Source: an uncultured Gammaproteobacteria bacterium (lineage in GTDB: Bacteria > Patescibacteriota > Microgenomatia > Levybacterales > UBA12049). Taken from it: a stretch of 64,000 bases of DNA. Shown here one piece after another: positions 59,783 to 64,000 of the stretch. The position numbers and the translations under genes were made by a program. Numbering within the stretch: the first letter of the stretch is position 1; every line of letters starts with the position of its first letter. Where the stretch lies: contig CAZEJU010000003.1 of NCBI GenBank assembly GCA_964512695.1, positions 9,897 through 73,896 on the forward strand. The letters are read 5' to 3'. Under the pieces are notes generated by a model. That model ran no database searches. It was not told where the DNA came from and worked only from the letters and a program-made list of their open reading frames with translations.

Positions 59783-60847
59783 ATGGTAATAAAAGAAATT
59801 ACTGAACATGATAAAAAAGCATTCAATAAAGTAGTATCCCATCCTCTCCAATCCTATGAGTGGGGTGAATTTCGGAAAAAAACAAACGTAAAAGTTATAA
59901 GACGTGGTATTTTTAAAACTAACAAACTCATTGATGGGTTTCAATTAACGATACACCCTATCCCTAAGACACCGTGGACAATTGGATATCTGCCGAAAGG
60001 CAATATTCCCACTGAAGAGGTTCTTCATGAACTGAAAGTAATTGGAAAAGCAGAAAAATGTATCTTTATTCAGTTAGAACCGAATGTAAAGGCAAGAGAA
60101 GGCAGATTACAAATAAACAATATAATTCATAATTCTCAGTTCTTAATGCATAATTCCGAACATCCTCTTTTTACGAAATATACATTTATTCTCAATCTTA
60201 CAAAATCAGAAGAAGAGCTATTAAAAAGTATGCATTCTAAGGCAAGATATAACATTAAGATTGCGAAAAAACATGGCGTTGAAATCATATTTAACTCCTC
60301 AGAAGAAACATTACAAACTTTTCTCCGTTTAAATAGTGAAACAAATACTAGACAAAAATTTTATACTCGTCCGGATTGGCACTTTAAAGAAATGAAAAAG
60401 TTATTTAATGAATTTCCAGTAGACGATAAAAATCAACCTAGGGAAGGGGATAGCGATGATCATTTAAGGATGCAAATCTTAACAGCCACATATAAAAGTA
60501 AACCTTTAGTTTCGTGGATTCTATTTTCTTTTCATGATACGTTATATTATCCCTATGGAGCGTCAAGCAGTGAACATCGAGAGGTTATGGCATCTAGCCT
60601 TATAATGTGGGAAGCAATACGCTTAGGTAAAAACTTACGTCTTAAAAATTTTGATATGTGGGGTGCGCTAGAACCGAATCCAGATCCACAGAATCCTTGG
60701 TTTGGTTTTCATACTTTTAAACAAAAGTATGGACCTGAACATGTAGAGTTCATAGGAAGTTATGATTTTATTATTAATAAATCACTTTACCAAGTTTACA
60801 AAATAGCTAATAAACTACGCTGGCTTTATTTACGTTTTAAAAAGTAA
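59783..60847 (+). CDS. femX: FemABX family peptidoglycan bridge aminoacyltransferase
   Basis: LQS..WG.F, RYNI..A.K.GV, Y.YGAS, FDMWG, G...FK..YG. Confidence 0.9.
   Translation: MVIKEITEHDKKAFNKVVSHPLQSYEWGEFRKKTNVKVIRRGIFKTNKLIDGFQLTIHPIPKTPWTIGYLPKGNIPTEEVLHELKVIGKAEKCIFIQLEPNVKAREGRLQINNIIHNSQFLMHNSEHPLFTKYTFILNLTKSEEELLKSMHSKARYNIKIAKKHGVEIIFNSSEETLQTFLRLNSETNTRQKFYTRPDWHFKEMKKLFNEFPVDDKNQPREGDSDDHLRMQILTATYKSKPLVSWILFSFHDTLYYPYGASSSEHREVMASSLIMWEAIRLGKNLRLKNFDMWGALEPNPDPQNPWFGFHTFKQKYGPEHVEFIGSYDFIINKSLYQVYKIANKLRWLYLRFKK
60124..60158. repeat. In-frame heptamer array inside femX
   Basis: aattcat aattctc agttctt aatgcat aattccg, encoding IHNSQFLMHNS. Confidence 0.75.
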
Positions 60848-60867
60848 CTCTATCTAACGCTTCTTCT

Positions 60868-61404
60868 CTATGATTTAATTTTATACACATATATTTTCTG
60901 AATTTTATCATGTCTTACTAATGGTAAATAGCTTATTGGATAAATATAGCTAATCACTCTTGTACCCGGCTTTAGTTCTTTTACTAACTTCTTTTTCAAC
61001 TTTGTAATAACTCTTGGAACTAAGTAAAGGTAAACAACTGAAGCAGGGGAGAGGTCTACACTAAAAAAGTCCTTTCTAAGAAATGTAACTTTATCTCGAG
61101 GAATATTGTTTTTTTTAGCTTTCATTTTTGACCACCATATCCGAGATTTACTTGATTCAACTCCAACTGCAGTTGCTCCAAATTCTTTAACTATAGTAAC
61201 TATGGTTGTTCCTGTACCTGAGCCTAACTCATAAAAAATATCTCTTTTAGTTATACGTGCTAATCTACCTATTTCTCGTGAAACTTCTGTTGAAGTGGAC
61301 CACCAGGGTGACCAAGGACTATCCGTGGGAAGAAACCATGTTAATAGGTAAAGAACAATAAGAATTGCTATTAATACAAATATTTGAGTAACAATAAAAA
61401 CCAT
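60868..61404 (-). CDS. Membrane-anchored SAM-dependent methyltransferase
   Basis: ELGSG.G, A.GVE, VVYLYL, ELKPGTRVIS. Confidence 0.87.
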   Translation of the reverse strand: MVFIVTQIFVLIAILIVLYLLTWFLPTDSPWSPWWSTSTEVSREIGRLARITKRDIFYELGSGTGTTIVTIVKEFGATAVGVESSKSRIWWSKMKAKKNNIPRDKVTFLRKDFFSVDLSPASVVYLYLVPRVITKLKKKLVKELKPGTRVISYIYPISYLPLVRHDKIQKIYVYKIKS

Positions 61405-61454
61405 ACATGTTATTGTATAGTAAAATTTGAAAATGGAGTATAGGCAAAGTAGAA

Positions 61455-61784
61455 TTATTTATCTATTTTTTGTCGACTACTTTTATTTTTTTTAAAAATG
61501 TTAATTACTTTTGCTTTTATATTGTTCCTCTCCACTAAACCAAACACTTTACTATCCGTACTTCTAGATACATTATCACCTATAAGGAAAAATTTCTTAT
61601 TTTTTATGTCAGCTAATCTTTTTATTATAGGACGTTTATCTCTCGGGTCTTCACATAGTATCAAATCTCCTATTTCAGGATTTTTAAAAAAGTAGGGAAG
61701 AGGGGAGACTAGTACGATATCTCCAGGGTTCAGTGTTGGTATCATACTATTACCAGTAACTGTACATTTTTTTAAAATAAACAT
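61455..61784 (-). CDS. sodX: NiSOD maturation protease (S26-like)
   Basis: V.G.SM.PTL, IKR, GDN...S.DS..FG; adjacent to sodN. Confidence 0.88.
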   Translation of the reverse strand: MFILKKCTVTGNSMIPTLNPGDIVLVSPLPYFFKNPEIGDLILCEDPRDKRPIIKRLADIKNKKFFLIGDNVSRSTDSKVFGLVERNNIKAKVINIFKKNKSSRQKIDK

Positions 61785-61889
61785 TTTCTATAAAATTGTG
61801 TAAATACGTGATACTTTAACTCATTTTACTATGATATTACGTAATTTCGTGAAAAATTGATAAAAAATATAGTAAATATTTCACAGGGG

Positions 61890-62330
61890 CTATTTAGCAG
61901 TCGCTTTCGTCTGGTGAAAAATATCTGCTATTTCATCCACTGCCCTGACTAATTCCTGAGCAGCTTCTTTATTCACTTCTTGCTTATTTTTCGAGACTAG
62001 TTTCATTGCTTTCCAAAATTTATCGTGTAAATGGGGAAATTTTTCGAGGTGTTCAGGCTTAAAATAATCAGCCCATAATATCATAAGTTCTTCTTTACAT
62101 TTCCGTCCATGCTCTTCTTTCGTCCAAATAGCTCTTATTAATTTATTTCTATCGTTTAGCGATTTAGTTGATTGGTCAACACTTTCAATAATCTCAACCA
62201 TTTTTAATATAGTGGCAGCAGCATTCTGTGCTATTCCCGGATCATATATACCACAAGGAACATCACAATGTGCATATACAGTTTCTGAAGGAAGAAAATT
62301 TATGACTTTACGTAATATAGTATGAAACAT
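61890..62330 (-). CDS. sodN: Nickel superoxide dismutase precursor
   Basis: Ni-hook HCDVPCGIYDP after a 20-aa propeptide; KEEH, LW.DYFK. Confidence 0.96.
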   Translation of the reverse strand: MFHTILRKVINFLPSETVYAHCDVPCGIYDPGIAQNAAATILKMVEIIESVDQSTKSLNDRNKLIRAIWTKEEHGRKCKEELMILWADYFKPEHLEKFPHLHDKFWKAMKLVSKNKQEVNKEAAQELVRAVDEIADIFHQTKATAK

Positions 62331-62336
62331 AGACCT

Positions 62337-62365
62337 ACCTTACAATATACAATTCTATATGTCAA
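62337..62365 (-). promoter_or_regulatory. sodN promoter, predicted leaderless
   Basis: TTGACA-17 nt-TAAGGT-6 nt-ATG. Confidence 0.65.
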
Positions 62366-62710
62366 TACATTTAATAACATCATATGCTTAAACCGTACTA
62401 TCCTCACCTGTTTAGCAAACCACTATGGTGTTTGATCAGCTATTATCTACTACTAACTATATCAAAATAATCGTTTCTATATTTTCGTATTTTTTTCATT
62501 TTACAAGCAGTTGACTATATATTAAGAAAGATAATAGTTATCCACATTTCTTTTCTTATCTTTCAGGTCGTACAATATTTTTAGCTTACTCGCAGAGTAG
62601 AGAAGTTTATTGTAGTAAACAACATTTTATACAATCACTATATATAGATCTCATTTCTTTACACATCAATACCCCACCCTTTTCCCTATCCTTTATTCCC
62701 TACTCTCATA

Positions 62711-62740
62711 TTGACGCTCTTCTAGATAATTTGGTACGCT
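62711..62740 (+). promoter_or_regulatory. Promoter of the VWA gene, predicted leaderless
   Basis: TTGACG-18 nt-TACGCT with extended TG, then 6 nt and ATG 62747. Confidence 0.55.
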
Positions 62741-62746
62741 ATGTAT

Positions 62747-63790
62747 ATGTCTAAAAAAGTTAAAAAGCGGTTAAAGGCTACTTCATCTAAAAGGCTTTTT
62801 CGATCACGGGGTTTTATCGCTGATTTCGCAATTATCATTCTAGCTGTGGTCTTAGGTATTTTCTTAATAGGCAACCTATTTCCAAAAATCCCAAGCTCTT
62901 CTAATCCACTTGATCAGTATGAAATCGATGCCACTATAGATCCTACAGTCCATAATAATCTACAGTTAAAAACATTTAAATTCCAAAAATGTTTAGCTTC
63001 CATCGCAATTAGCTTCTTAATTGATCAATCAGGGTCTATGGACGACTTTATTAACCGTGCAGATCGCTCAAAAGGAACGAAATTAGCCAATTTACAGACA
63101 GGCCTCCGATATTTTGCAAGTAGATTTCCTGATAAAGGAGCTATAGCTTTACAAATTCATAAAACTAATAGTGACTGGCCGATCCCAATAAAGTATAACC
63201 AACTACTCGTAGATTATGGCTATTTCCAAGATAAAAAAACACAATTTTTACAGCAAATTGCTGGCTTTTCGCCGCTAGGAGCTACTTATTCGAAAGATGC
63301 GTTTACCGAACTGAAAACAAATCTTTTTAGAGCTATCGATAGTAATATATTCCCTAATTCATATAAATTTGCAGTTGTTTATATTTCAGACGGTATCCCG
63401 GAAACTGCAGAAATGAATAACAAATATTTCAATCCGACTGCAGGGCTTGGAGGATCTTTATGTAATCCAATAGATGCCACCGACACTGCGTTAGGTGTAC
63501 GTTGTACTCCATATACAAATGTACGAACGAATAGATCTTCCTGTCGTTGTTTAGACCCTAACCAGGACCCTAGAAGCGTAGCAGATGAAATAAAGGCCAG
63601 AGGAATACGCATATTTACTATACGCTACATAGGTGACGCTGATGGTTATTTCGACGACGATTTACAGCGCATTATGGAAGGAATCGCAACAACACCCCAA
63701 GATGCCTATGTCGCTCCTCTTAATGAACAATTAGATAAAGTAATCGACCAAATCGCTACGCGAGCCTGCTCAACACTTAGTCCTCTTTAA
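62747..63790 (+). CDS. VWA-domain membrane-anchored protein, pilin-like N-terminus
   Basis: MIDAS DQSGS, GAT, ISDG, GIRIFTI; basic leader, G|F, hydrophobic helix. Confidence 0.82.
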   Translation: MSKKVKKRLKATSSKRLFRSRGFIADFAIIILAVVLGIFLIGNLFPKIPSSSNPLDQYEIDATIDPTVHNNLQLKTFKFQKCLASIAISFLIDQSGSMDDFINRADRSKGTKLANLQTGLRYFASRFPDKGAIALQIHKTNSDWPIPIKYNQLLVDYGYFQDKKTQFLQQIAGFSPLGATYSKDAFTELKTNLFRAIDSNIFPNSYKFAVVYISDGIPETAEMNNKYFNPTAGLGGSLCNPIDATDTALGVRCTPYTNVRTNRSSCRCLDPNQDPRSVADEIKARGIRIFTIRYIGDADGYFDDDLQRIMEGIATTPQDAYVAPLNEQLDKVIDQIATRACSTLSPL

Positions 63791-63930
63791 ATTGCAAAAA
63801 TACCCGAATGTATTATTTCTTACATAGTGTAACCGAAAAGTTTTTGAGTGTATCCTGAAGACAATTCAAAATCTGAGAATGAGTAGTTATTTACGTTTCA
63901 AAAAGTCACATTTGAAGATACGCGAGCTGT

Positions 63931-64000
63931 TTACCAACGGAAGTGTGCAAATGCACGATTAGCTTCAGCTTGTTTATGCATGACGTCTTTCTTTTTCATG
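63931..64000 (-). CDS. rpsG: 30S ribosomal protein S7, 3' end (partial)
   Basis: Manual translation MKKKDVMHKQAEANRAFAHFRW-stop. Confidence 0.95.
   Translation of the reverse strand, partial: MKKKDVMHKQAEANRAFAHFRW

Noticed and set aside
60430-60475. Possible further repeat-derived insertion in femX (QPREGDSDDHLR)
   Set aside because: It looks like an insertion, but I could not establish a second copy or a clear palindrome.
61795-61885. Possible nickel-responsive RNA between sodN and sodX
   Set aside because: Only weak AT-rich pairing and no recognisable NiCo riboswitch features.
62538-62546. Perfect DnaA box TTATCCACA, possible oriC
   Set aside because: Only one box seen, with no cluster and no dnaA/dnaN nearby.
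1-64000. Stop-codon reassignment (code 25 or TAG recoding) as the explanation for in-frame stops
   Set aside because: TGA, TAG and TAA all end conserved genes at the expected positions (for example rplW TGA, rpsJ and rplN TAG); the lesions are isolated.
1-64000. tRNA, rRNA, transposase, integrase or prophage genes
   Set aside because: None recognised by eye; covariance-model and HMM searches were not run.

Overview
This is an AT-rich bacterial chromosomal segment read with genetic code 11, most likely from Patescibacteria/CPR of the Microgenomates type. That assignment is inferred from the missing rpmD/uL30, long r-protein extensions, scarce SD sites, T4P plus S/T/P-rich surface proteins, and FemX. 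The core is the tuf-S10-spc-alpha-rplM/rpsI supercluster on the minus strand (11.8-30.7 kb). The str operon is pulled apart: rpsG 3' end at the window edge, fusA at 38.5-40.7 kb, tuf at 29.5-30.7 kb. Accessory regions hold two tandem orphan paralog pairs (one PD-(D/E)XK/NucS-like), a nucleotide-hydrolase-rich insert, a pilNO + surface protein + GT-C/DUF2298 glycosylation locus, LCP, tpiA, pcrA, femX, sodN-sodX and a pilin-like VWA protein. The main unexplained signals are: (1) a family of 7-nt-periodic palindromic elements sitting between core genes and inserted in-frame in map, rplD and femX; (2) a pervasive -10-box/6-7 nt/ATG (leaderless) gene architecture; (3) structured leaders before infA and rplC; (4) an inverted-repeat-bounded cassette carrying a small acidic ORF; (5) several point lesions (TAG, TAA, ATA start). 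I saw no rRNA, tRNA, CRISPR array or transposase. All calls were made by eye, without database searches.
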